Shown here in pieces: positions 18,244 through 26,093 of a DNA stretch of 51,589 nucleotides; the first letter of the stretch is position 1; every line of letters starts with the position of its first letter. The position numbers and the translations under genes are program-made. The notes under the pieces were generated by a model, which searched no databases, was not told the origin of the DNA, and saw only the letters and a list, made by a program, of their open reading frames with translations. Source of the DNA: a virus. The DNA is taken from IMG/VR virus record IMGVR_UViG_3300024974_000002, positions 1-51,589 of that record; one strand, written 5' to 3'.

Positions 18244-18392
18244 ATTACGACGACGAAAGAACCCACAGGATTTACCAAACATTTTTACTGATAGGATCAG
18301 TTATCTGTTTGACAATTGGAATTGCAGGATTAACACTTTTAGCACTTAACCCAAAATGGATGCATACGATACTGGGATTATTGTCTGCATAA
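18240..18392 (+). CDS. Possible 50-aa membrane peptide
   Basis: ATGA overlap with the upstream stop. Reads MNYDDERTHRIYQTFLLIGSVICLTIGIAGLTLLALNPKWMHTILGLLSA. Below the ORF-track cutoff. Confidence 0.35.
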   Translation: MNYDDERTHRIYQTFLLIGSVICLTIGIAGLTLLALNPKWMHTILGLLSA

Positions 18393-18463
18393 TCCTGATA
18401 GCAGTTTTAGGATTGCTGAATTTGGGTAAGTGGATTTTTGATAAACTAAATAAATGGCAATAA
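18356..18463 (+). CDS. Possible 35-aa membrane peptide
   Basis: Reads MDAYDTGIIVCIILIAVLGLLNLGKWIFDKLNKWQ. Overlaps the previous small ORF in another frame. Confidence 0.25.
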   Translation: MDAYDTGIIVCIILIAVLGLLNLGKWIFDKLNKWQ

Positions 18464-18681
18464 TGAATAGACTTCAAAAAATAGCATTTATAAAAAGAGA
18501 GGCTAGGGAATTAGAAACTCAGGAGCAGCTTTTTCAACAAGGATTAAGTTCAATTACAAGCCGTAAGAGATACTTAGAATTGGAACTGGATAGTTTGGGA
18601 GCTTCCAGTTCCGCCCGAAAGGGTAAATATGAACTATCTCCCGAAAAGAAATTAGAAGCAATTGCAAGCCTTACAAAATAA
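18454..18681 (+). CDS. Hypothetical coiled-coil protein
   Basis: 75-aa ORF followed by a strong terminator. Confidence 0.5.
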   Translation: MAIMNRLQKIAFIKREARELETQEQLFQQGLSSITSRKRYLELELDSLGASSSARKGKYELSPEKKLEAIASLTK

Positions 18682-18708
18682 AAAACCACTTCGCGAAAAG
18701 TGGTTTTT
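18681..18708 (+). terminator. Intrinsic terminator
   Basis: AAAAACCACTT-cgcgaa-AAGTGGTTTTT. Confidence 0.75.
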
Positions 18709-18753
18709 ACAATCAAATTTTTAATCACGAGTAATAATTAAAAACCTTTAGAG

Positions 18754-19029
18754 ATGCCAAACCTACAAAATAATTCAGGATTCGCCAAACCAGACATTAA
18801 GTTTCCAATGTTTCCTTTCATATATGCCTACATCGAGAGCGCATATAACAAGGTCGAAACTTACCAAGACTTCACCGCATTCATTCATGGATGTATGAAT
18901 GAAGCTGAAATTACTAAAAATAATGTAAGACAAGCAGCATACACAAAAATAGCCAATGCACTTTATTCCATCGAAACAAACGTGTCTTTTGAGTCAAAAG
19001 CACTTGAAATATTAGTAGAGAAATTATAA
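18754..19029 (+). CDS. Hypothetical protein
   Basis: 91-aa ORF preceded by the conserved ACAATCAAATTT..CGAGTAA leader motif. Confidence 0.55.
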   Translation: MPNLQNNSGFAKPDIKFPMFPFIYAYIESAYNKVETYQDFTAFIHGCMNEAEITKNNVRQAAYTKIANALYSIETNVSFESKALEILVEKL

Positions 19030-19053
19030 CAATCAAATTTAATAACGAGTAAA

Positions 19054-21066
19054 ATGAAAACAATTCAAATTAAAGAAATCAACCTTACCAACTTCAAAGG
19101 GTTGAGAAATGAAAAAATCAGTTTTGAAAAAAACACTGATATTTTTGGAGCAAACGGAACTGGAAAAACAACCATTATGGATGCTTTTTTATGGATGTTG
19201 TTTGGTAAAGATTCTACCGATAGAAAAGATTTTGAGATCAAAACATTGGACAAATTCAATGTGGCCATCCCAAAAATAGAACACGAAGTTTCAGCGATTA
19301 TTTTGGTAGATGGTATTGAGATTTCAATATCAAAAATACTTAAAGAAAACTGGGTTAAGAAAAGAGGTTCTGAAACTACTGAGTTCTCAGGTAATGTTTC
19401 TGAATATTATTGGGATGGAGTTCCAATGCAGCAAAAAGCATTTCAGGAAAAAGTAAGCAGTGTTCTTGATGAGACCATTTTCAAAATGATCACAAATCCA
19501 CTGGCTTTTAATTCTTTGAAATGGCAGGATAGAAGAAATGTTTTGGTAGATATTGCCGGAGCAATTTCGGATAGTGATTTGGCAGCCGGAAATGCAGAAT
19601 ACGAAAATCTTGTGGCGCAATTGACCAACGGTAAAACATTGGCCGAATACCAAAAACAGATCCTTGCATCCATCAAAAAAGCCAAAGAAGATCTAAAAGG
19701 AATTCCAACCCGAATTGATGAGGTTTCAAAAAGTAAGCCCGAGTCATTTGATTTTGTAAATCTTGGAATCAGTTTGGATATGAAGGAAAAGGCTTTGTCG
19801 AAAATTGATGATGAAATCACCGATAGCACCAAAGCTTTTGACGGCAAACTACAAGCCATCAATGAGAAAAAAACCAAAGCCAATTCGTTGAAGTCTGAAA
19901 TAGAAATCATCAAAACCAACACTCAAGCTCAAATCGAAAGCAGTTTGAAGCCGGACACTTCTACTTTGGATAATTTCAAAAGAAATCTGGAAACCAAAAA
20001 AGGAGAGTTGTCCAGTTACGAAAACGGTTTGAATACTTTGAACACAAAGACAATTTCAATAAATGACCAGATAAGAACTTATGACAGTAAGTTGGCTACA
20101 CTTCGCATGGATTGGGCTGCTGAAAATGCCAAAGAATTGACATTTAACGATAACGACTTTCATTGTCCTACTTGCAAACGTGAGTTTGAAGCTGGCGATG
20201 TTGAAGGTAAAAAAGTTGAAATGTTGGCAAATTTCAAAACCAAGAAACAAAATGCCTTGGCTGAAATTAATACCAAAGGCGCTAACATAAACACGGAAAA
20301 AACAGCCTTGGAAACCGAGCTGGTAGGACTTAATGACCGTATTGAAAACGGAAAAAAGCATATTGAAACTTTAAAATCCGAGATCAAAACATTGGAGGGA
20401 TCCATCGAAACAGAAGCTTCAAAAACTACAGCAACTGCAAATATCGATAAGGATTCTCTTGTGAGAGAAAGTCTTATAAAAAGCAGCGATTACCAAGCTA
20501 AAATTCAAGAATTGGAAACATTGGAAGCGTCTATTGAAGAAGTTCCAATGGTGGATAATTCAGAACTGAAAGCGAAAAGAGCATCGTTGGTTCAAGATAT
20601 TGACCAAATTAAATCACAATTACGTAACGAGGACCAAATCAAAGCAGTTGACAATCGTATTGCTGACTTGGAGAAAGAGGAAACTGCTTTGGCGCAACAA
20701 ATCGCCAATGTAGATAAAACGCAATTTGTTATCGAGCGATTCAACAAACTGAAAATTGACACTCTGGAAGCCAAAATCAACGAGAAATTCAAGTTCGTGA
20801 ATTTCAGAATGTTCGAAACACAAATTAACGGTGGAGAATCTGAATGTTGCGATGCTTTAATCGATGGTGTACCGTTCAGCGATGCTAATACTGCATCCAG
20901 AATTAATGCCGGATTGGACATCATCAATACGCTTTGCGAATTCTACCAAGTAACCGCTCCAATCTTTATTGACAATCGAGAATCAATCATCAAAGTAATT
21001 GACATCAAAAGTCAACTGATCAACTTGATTGTTTCTGAAAATGATTCAAAACTTAGAGTTGCCTAA
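19054..21066 (+). CDS. Rad50/SbcC-like SMC-type ATPase with a central CxxC zinc-hook-like motif
   Basis: Walker A FGANGTGKTT. Long coiled coils. HCPTCKREF near the midpoint. C-terminal APIFIDNRES (Walker B-like). Confidence 0.65.
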   Translation: MKTIQIKEINLTNFKGLRNEKISFEKNTDIFGANGTGKTTIMDAFLWMLFGKDSTDRKDFEIKTLDKFNVAIPKIEHEVSAIILVDGIEISISKILKENWVKKRGSETTEFSGNVSEYYWDGVPMQQKAFQEKVSSVLDETIFKMITNPLAFNSLKWQDRRNVLVDIAGAISDSDLAAGNAEYENLVAQLTNGKTLAEYQKQILASIKKAKEDLKGIPTRIDEVSKSKPESFDFVNLGISLDMKEKALSKIDDEITDSTKAFDGKLQAINEKKTKANSLKSEIEIIKTNTQAQIESSLKPDTSTLDNFKRNLETKKGELSSYENGLNTLNTKTISINDQIRTYDSKLATLRMDWAAENAKELTFNDNDFHCPTCKREFEAGDVEGKKVEMLANFKTKKQNALAEINTKGANINTEKTALETELVGLNDRIENGKKHIETLKSEIKTLEGSIETEASKTTATANIDKDSLVRESLIKSSDYQAKIQELETLEASIEEVPMVDNSELKAKRASLVQDIDQIKSQLRNEDQIKAVDNRIADLEKEETALAQQIANVDKTQFVIERFNKLKIDTLEAKINEKFKFVNFRMFETQINGGESECCDALIDGVPFSDANTASRINAGLDIINTLCEFYQVTAPIFIDNRESIIKVIDIKSQLINLIVSENDSKLRVA

Positions 21067-21290
21067 TGAATTCTTATAAGGTCAAAAGAAACTCCGACAG
21101 CTTGCCAACTGAAAATTGTCCAGTAAATGTTGGAGTTAAAATAGGAAGTTTTGATTGTACTGCCAATTGCAAAAACAACCAAAACACTAAAAAAGAAATA
21201 CAAAATTTTGGTTTTGAAACACCGGTAATAAGATGCTCGGAAAGGTCAAAACTCAACAAGGAAAATGAACAATTAACCATAGAAATTTAA
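21066..21290 (+). CDS. Hypothetical Cys-containing small protein
   Basis: 74 aa, ATG overlaps the upstream stop, four Cys. Confidence 0.5.
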   Translation: MNSYKVKRNSDSLPTENCPVNVGVKIGSFDCTANCKNNQNTKKEIQNFGFETPVIRCSERSKLNKENEQLTIEI

Positions 21291-21294
21291 AAAA

Positions 21295-22341
21295 ATGACA
21301 GCAGTAACAACACAAGTAGCACCATCACAAAGTGAAAGATTCACGGCAGCAGTGATAAAAGAGTTTTCTTCTAATAATGGAGCCGTTACTATAACACCTT
21401 TCCAAAAGAAACTTTGCCAGAACTATTTTATCAAGATAGATCAAACCCTGAAAGATGCCGAAAAGAAACGTTTGGCAAAAAGTCCTGATGTTAGAGATGC
21501 ATTATCTCTTTCGTGGGAAAATGTAAATATGTCCAAACTGGCCGTTGATGTGATCGCTTTTTCAAGCGTGGAACTAGATCCAACGCAGCCAAATCATATC
21601 AACATGATTCCTTACAAAAACACGGCCAACAACAAATACGATATGGGTTTTGTTATTGGGTACCGAGGAATGGAATTGAAAGCAAAAAAATACGGTTTGG
21701 AAGTTCCAACCGATGTAGTTGTTGAATTGGTTTACTCTAATGACACTTTCAAACAGTATAAAAAAGACCGCAACAACGAAGTGGAAAGTTATGACTTCAT
21801 CATCACGGACAACTTTAACCGTGGCGAAGTGGTTGGCGGTTTTTGGTACCACGAATTTGAAGATTTCCCGACAAAAAACAAGTTGAAAGTATTCTCCTTG
21901 AAAGACATCGAAAAAAGAAAACCAAAATATGCTTCTGTAGAATTTTGGGGCGGTGAAAAAGATAAGTGGGTATTTGATCCAGGAACGGGTAAAAATAAAA
22001 AAGAAGGCAAGGAGAAAATTGAAGGATGGAGCGAAGAAATGTACTTGAAAACAATTTCAAGAAATGCTTTTAATGCCATCACCATCGACAGCAAGAAAAT
22101 TGACGATAATTACTTGGCCATCATCCAGAAAGAAAGCGAAATGAAGGACGCAATTGTCCAGAATGAAGTGATTGCCAATGCCAACAAATCGTCGTTAGAT
22201 TTTGATGAAGCCGAAGTAGTAGAAGATGAAGTAAAACAAATTTCTGAAACTATTCCAACGCCAGTTCCAGAAGAACAGGAAATAATGCAGCCTGAATTTG
22301 AAGAAGCTCAACAACCTGCAGAAGAAGGACCAAAATTCTAA
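21295..22341 (+). CDS. recT: RecT-family single-strand annealing recombinase
   Basis: KLAVDVIAFSSVELDPTQPNHINMIPYKN...FVIGYRGMELKAKKYG resembles the RecT core. Acidic C-terminal tail. Confidence 0.7.
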   Translation: MTAVTTQVAPSQSERFTAAVIKEFSSNNGAVTITPFQKKLCQNYFIKIDQTLKDAEKKRLAKSPDVRDALSLSWENVNMSKLAVDVIAFSSVELDPTQPNHINMIPYKNTANNKYDMGFVIGYRGMELKAKKYGLEVPTDVVVELVYSNDTFKQYKKDRNNEVESYDFIITDNFNRGEVVGGFWYHEFEDFPTKNKLKVFSLKDIEKRKPKYASVEFWGGEKDKWVFDPGTGKNKKEGKEKIEGWSEEMYLKTISRNAFNAITIDSKKIDDNYLAIIQKESEMKDAIVQNEVIANANKSSLDFDEAEVVEDEVKQISETIPTPVPEEQEIMQPEFEEAQQPAEEGPKF

Positions 22342-22438
22342 ATTAAAACAAAGTGGAATTGATAAACGGATAAAGGATACTCTTTTTGAGTATAACGGCA
22401 ACCGGAAGTAAACCTCTTCCACTTTTTATAAAAAATAT

Positions 22439-23179
22439 ATGGAACTCACAATCATAGGAACTGGATCAAAAGGCAATGCTTACATCCTTGGAAATAAAGA
22501 TGAAGTTTTACTCATAGAATGTGGAGTAAATATCAAAGAAATAAAACAAGCCTTAAATTTTGATTTAAGCAAAGTAGTTGGATGCATCTGCACTCACGAA
22601 CACATGGATCATAGCAAAAGCATCTGGGATGTTATGAAATTAGGAATCAATGTTTATAGTTCAAACGGAACATTGAAAAGCAGATTTGTAGATGAACAAT
22701 CCAGAGCTAAAAAGATAGTTTCAAAACAAACTTTCCAAATCGGAAATTTCAAAATACTAGCTTTCGATGTGAAACACGATGCTGCCGAACCATTAGGATT
22801 CTTAATCGAGCATCCTGATTGTGGAAAGGTGCTTTTCCTGACTGATACCAATTATTGCGAGTACACATTCCCTGGCTTGAATAATATCATTATCGAAGCC
22901 AATTTCTCCAAGGAAATCATTGATAGAAAGTTTGGTTCTGAAAGCGGATTGGAATTTTTGAGAAACCGAATTCTAAGATCACATTTCTCACTGACCAATT
23001 GCAAGGATATGTTGTCAGCCAATGACTTGTCAAAAGTAAACAACATTGTGCTGATTCATTTGTCAGATAGCAATTCCGATGAAAAGCAATTTCACAAAGA
23101 AGTTTCTGAATTAACTGGAAAAAACGTCACCGTGGCGAATAACGGAATGAAAATCAATTTTAATAAAACACCGTTTTAA
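22439..23179 (+). CDS. MBL-fold metallo-hydrolase (candidate recombination nuclease)
   Basis: HxHxDH motif (CTHEHMDHSKS). Adjacent to recT. Confidence 0.7.
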   Translation: MELTIIGTGSKGNAYILGNKDEVLLIECGVNIKEIKQALNFDLSKVVGCICTHEHMDHSKSIWDVMKLGINVYSSNGTLKSRFVDEQSRAKKIVSKQTFQIGNFKILAFDVKHDAAEPLGFLIEHPDCGKVLFLTDTNYCEYTFPGLNNIIIEANFSKEIIDRKFGSESGLEFLRNRILRSHFSLTNCKDMLSANDLSKVNNIVLIHLSDSNSDEKQFHKEVSELTGKNVTVANNGMKINFNKTPF

Positions 23180-23181
23180 TA

Positions 23182-23781
23182 ATGCACCGACCAAAACCAA
23201 TCAACGAGCGAAAAGCAAACCAAACATTTATACTTACTTTAATTTTTGTCATCGCTTTAATTTGCGGAATTGCCAATGCACAACCAAAGGACCAGGAACA
23301 TTATTTGGCTTTTTCTACCGGATTAGACATTAAAAATGCCATAATTGGCAGCAAGGCAACTGGTGATAAACCCGCACTTGATTTATTGTATCAATTTGCA
23401 ATGGTTTCCCAAAACATCGAAGTGAACATAGGATATGAGCGATTCAATGCCATTTACTTTGACAAATTCACATTTGGAGTTGGCTATCATTTCCCACTTT
23501 ATGGAAGGATTGGAAACACGGTTATCAAGACCGTTCTTATTCCTAGTATAGAGCCAACTCTTATTGGTAGATGGGGTAACGAATGGCAAACTACAAGCTC
23601 ACATCTTTCCATCGGTGGTAACTTATCTCTAAGATGGCATTTAAGCGATAAAACAGCCTTGGAATTTCTTTCCAACTTTTTGCCACGAACCGATTTATAC
23701 TCCAGGTACCCAGAACTTCATTCGAGCGTTCCGATTGTTCCTAGTTATTATTTAAAGATAATTTATAAAATACAAAGATAA
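23182..23781 (+). CDS. Outer-membrane beta-barrel-like protein (moron)
   Basis: Signal peptide FILTLIFVIALICGIANAQ. Alternating hydrophobic beta-strand pattern (FTFGVGYHF, LSIGGNLSLRWHL, YYLKIIYKI). Confidence 0.5.
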   Translation: MHRPKPINERKANQTFILTLIFVIALICGIANAQPKDQEHYLAFSTGLDIKNAIIGSKATGDKPALDLLYQFAMVSQNIEVNIGYERFNAIYFDKFTFGVGYHFPLYGRIGNTVIKTVLIPSIEPTLIGRWGNEWQTTSSHLSIGGNLSLRWHLSDKTALEFLSNFLPRTDLYSRYPELHSSVPIVPSYYLKIIYKIQR

Positions 23782-24056
23782 TGGCTAAAAAAATCAAAAA
23801 AAAGAGTCACGTCACTTACAACAAAAAATCATTTTTGGCTCCTGAAAGCATTCATTCAATGGCTGCAATTTTCACCAAAATATATCCTGATGGAATAGCC
23901 ATTATTAGAATATCAGATTGCAATCAAACCATCAAGCTTTGGAATGATTTGAATGACAAAGATCAAGTCAAAGAAATGGTTACAAAAATCACAAACATCC
24001 AAAATGCTTTGGATGAGTTTAAAAAAGAAGTAGAAATAAAATTAAACAAAATTTAA
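23781..24056 (+). CDS. Hypothetical protein
   Basis: 91 aa, ATAATG overlap with the upstream gene. Confidence 0.55.
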   Translation: MAKKIKKKSHVTYNKKSFLAPESIHSMAAIFTKIYPDGIAIIRISDCNQTIKLWNDLNDKDQVKEMVTKITNIQNALDEFKKEVEIKLNKI

Positions 24057-24058
24057 AA

Positions 24059-24535
24059 ATGGAAACATTACAAATTGACAAAGCGAATGCTTTAAAAGCC
24101 CACGAAGAGGCAAGTATCAAAGGGAAATCATTATTGGAAAATCTATTTGGCAAAAAAGTTTTTCTAAAAGATGTAAAAGACAGAATCAAAAATTTTGATG
24201 ATGTTTTGGCCGAAAACGGAATTTCAAGAGAAGATTTTGAAACATCCTGCGAAGGATTGGAACCAGATGAAATTGCCTATCGAATGGCAAAATTAGTATG
24301 TCTAGCATTCAATGAGGGATGGTTGCCAGATTGGACCAATAGCAATGAGTATAAGTATGCGCCTTATTTCAGAATGGGTTCTTCTTCGGGCGTCGGTTTT
24401 TCGTACTACGGCTACGATCGTTGGGATACGAATTCGACTGTCGGCTCGCGCCTTTGCTTTAAATCTTCTGATTTGGCAAAACATGCTGGACAACTTTTTG
24501 AACAAGAAATTTATAAACCACTTTTTACAATTTAA
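24059..24535 (+). CDS. DGR target protein 1 (158 aa)
   Basis: Contains VR1. Paralogue of the next ORF: WLPDWTNSNEYKYAPYFRMGSSSGVGFSYYGYDRWDTNSTVGSRLCF. Confidence 0.85.
   Translation: METLQIDKANALKAHEEASIKGKSLLENLFGKKVFLKDVKDRIKNFDDVLAENGISREDFETSCEGLEPDEIAYRMAKLVCLAFNEGWLPDWTNSNEYKYAPYFRMGSSSGVGFSYYGYDRWDTNSTVGSRLCFKSSDLAKHAGQLFEQEIYKPLFTI
24378..24453 (+). repeat. DGR variable repeat VR1
   Basis: 76-nt alignment to TR. 10 mismatches, all at TR adenines (hand count). Confidence 0.9.
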
Positions 24536-24536
24536 A

Positions 24537-24917
24537 ATGAACTACACAGAAATCAAAACATTTGAAGATGCTTGCATTGCCATTGGACTTCAACAGCCGG
24601 AATTAGTAATTCCAGATTTTTTAAGCTTTCCATCAACTGATAGAGAAGCTATGATTGCACACGCAAAATTAGTGATAATCGCCAAAGCCATAAATGGTGA
24701 CTGGGTACCAGACTGGACAGATTCAAGCCAATGGAAATATTACCCTTGGTTTGAGATGGGTTCTTCTTCGGGCGTCGGTTTTTCGTTCGGCGGCGACGGT
24801 GCTTGGTATTCGGATTCGGTTGTCGGCTCGCGCCTTTGCTTTGAAACCAGAGAAAAAGCAAAGTATGTAGGAACACAATTTGAAGAATTGTACAAAATCT
24901 ATTTTGTAAAAGAATAG
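24537..24917 (+). CDS. DGR target protein 2 (126 aa; start trimmed to ATG 24537)
   Basis: Contains VR2: WVPDWTDSSQWKYYPWFEMGSSSGVGFSFGGDGAWYSDSVVGSRLCF. The track ORF 24312.. is an out-of-frame upstream extension over target 1. Confidence 0.85.
   Translation: MNYTEIKTFEDACIAIGLQQPELVIPDFLSFPSTDREAMIAHAKLVIIAKAINGDWVPDWTDSSQWKYYPWFEMGSSSGVGFSFGGDGAWYSDSVVGSRLCFETREKAKYVGTQFEELYKIYFVKE
24760..24835 (+). repeat. DGR variable repeat VR2
   Basis: 76-nt alignment to TR. 17 mismatches, 16 at TR adenines plus one T->G (hand count). Confidence 0.9.
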
Positions 24918-24948
24918 CAAATTAAGGTTGTGTGGTGTCGTTGCTGTA

Positions 24949-25024
24949 GTTCTTCTTCAGGCGTCAGTTTTTCGTACAACGACTACGATAATTGGAATAC
25001 GAATTCGAATGTCAGCTCGCACCT
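24949..25024 (+). repeat. DGR template repeat (TR), non-coding, immediately upstream of the RT
   Basis: 19 adenines in 76 nt. In the VR frame it reads SSSGVSFSYNDYDNWNTNSNVSSH. Homology to the VRs breaks at 25025 (CCTGAGCTAA vs CCTTTGCTTT). Confidence 0.9.
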
Positions 25025-25061
25025 GAGCTAAAAAATATTAAACATCACAGACCTTGCCCAC

Positions 25062-26093
25062 ATGGCAAAAAAACACAAATTAATAGGTTCGTTAGTAATG
25101 AAAATGAAAGCGAACCAATCAAAGCAAAGTATGAAACGATTCAAAAACATATACCAACAAATTATATCACCGGAAAACTTAATTCTTGCGGAAGCGAAAG
25201 CACGCAAAGGCAAAGCCAAACAATATGGTGTTAAGGTTTTTGATAAAAATCCACATGGAAACCTTGCGGAACTTCATAATATTTTGCTTGAAAAAAATTA
25301 CAAAACATCAGAATACACCACTTTCAAAATCTTTGAACCTAAGGAAAGGCTGGTTTTTAGATTGCCATACTTTCCTGATCGCATTACCCATCACGCTGTT
25401 ATGAATGTTCTGGAACCAATATTTACCAAATTATTCACGGCTGATACTTATAGTTGTATCAAAGGAAGAGGAATTCACGGAGCTGCCAATAATCTAAAAA
25501 AAGCATTGAAGGACCAGGAGAATACAAAGTACTGTTTGAAATTAGATATTGTCAAGTTCTATCCAAATGTAGATCATGAGGTTCTAAAGCAACTATTTAG
25601 AAAAAAGTTTAAAGACCAGGATTTATTTTGGTTGTTGGATGAAATTATTGATAGCGCTGATGGTTTGCCAATCGGCAATTATTTAAGCCAATATTTTGCA
25701 AACTATTACCTGACCTATTTTGACCATTGGATAAAAGAAAACAAGGAAGTAAAATATTACTTCAGGTATGCTGACGATATTATTATTCTATCGAACAACA
25801 AACCACATCTTCACGAGCTGTTGGCAGAAATAAAAACCTATTTGAATGATAATCTAAAGCTTCAGGTAAAAGGGAATTATCAAATATTTCCAGTTGAAGC
25901 CCGTGGAATTGATTTCGTGGGTTATAAGTTCTACCATACGCACACAATGCTTAGGAAATCAATCAAAAAAAGATTTGCCAAAGCAATATCAAAAACAAAA
26001 AACAAAGCAACGATAGCCGCTTATTTCGGATGGGCTAAACATTGCAATTCAAAACATTTATTAAAAAAATTAATACCAAATGAACAATTTTAA
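25062..26093 (+). CDS. DGR reverse transcriptase (alternative start ATG 25131)
   Basis: LPIGNYLSQYFANYYL ([LIV]GxxxSQ DGR signature), YADDIIILS (YxDD), and an N-terminus MKRFKNIYQQIISPENLILAEAKARKGK typical of DGR RTs. Confidence 0.9.
   Translation: MAKKHKLIGSLVMKMKANQSKQSMKRFKNIYQQIISPENLILAEAKARKGKAKQYGVKVFDKNPHGNLAELHNILLEKNYKTSEYTTFKIFEPKERLVFRLPYFPDRITHHAVMNVLEPIFTKLFTADTYSCIKGRGIHGAANNLKKALKDQENTKYCLKLDIVKFYPNVDHEVLKQLFRKKFKDQDLFWLLDEIIDSADGLPIGNYLSQYFANYYLTYFDHWIKENKEVKYYFRYADDIIILSNNKPHLHELLAEIKTYLNDNLKLQVKGNYQIFPVEARGIDFVGYKFYHTHTMLRKSIKKRFAKAISKTKNKATIAAYFGWAKHCNSKHLLKKLIPNEQF

Larger units (their letters stand above)
24059..26093 (+). mobile_element. Diversity-generating retroelement cassette (target1-VR1, target2-VR2, TR, RT)
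   Basis: TR/VR adenine-specific mismatch pattern plus a DGR-type RT (see findings). Confidence 0.9.

Noticed and set aside
24312-24536. N-terminal extension of track ORF 24312..24917 across VR1 in another frame
   Set aside because: It overlaps DGR target 1 out of frame with a junk-like translation. The paralogue alignment and the stop/ATG spacing (TAA 24533..24535, ATG 24537) support a start at 24537.
24949-25029. TR as a truncated third target pseudogene
   Set aside because: It has no upstream coding context and ends in a stop within the homology break. The directionality of the mismatches (A in this copy, any base in the others) identifies it as the template rather than a decayed VR.
24992-25234. 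80-aa ORF spanning the 3' end of TR and the RT start
   Set aside because: It overlaps the RT frame and the non-coding TR. No independent support.
25062-26093. Retron or group II intron reverse transcriptase
   Set aside because: The TR/VR pairs with A-specific mismatches and the GxxxSQ motif fit a DGR. I saw no msr/msd-like inverted repeats, no intron RNA domains and no maturase/endonuclease domain.
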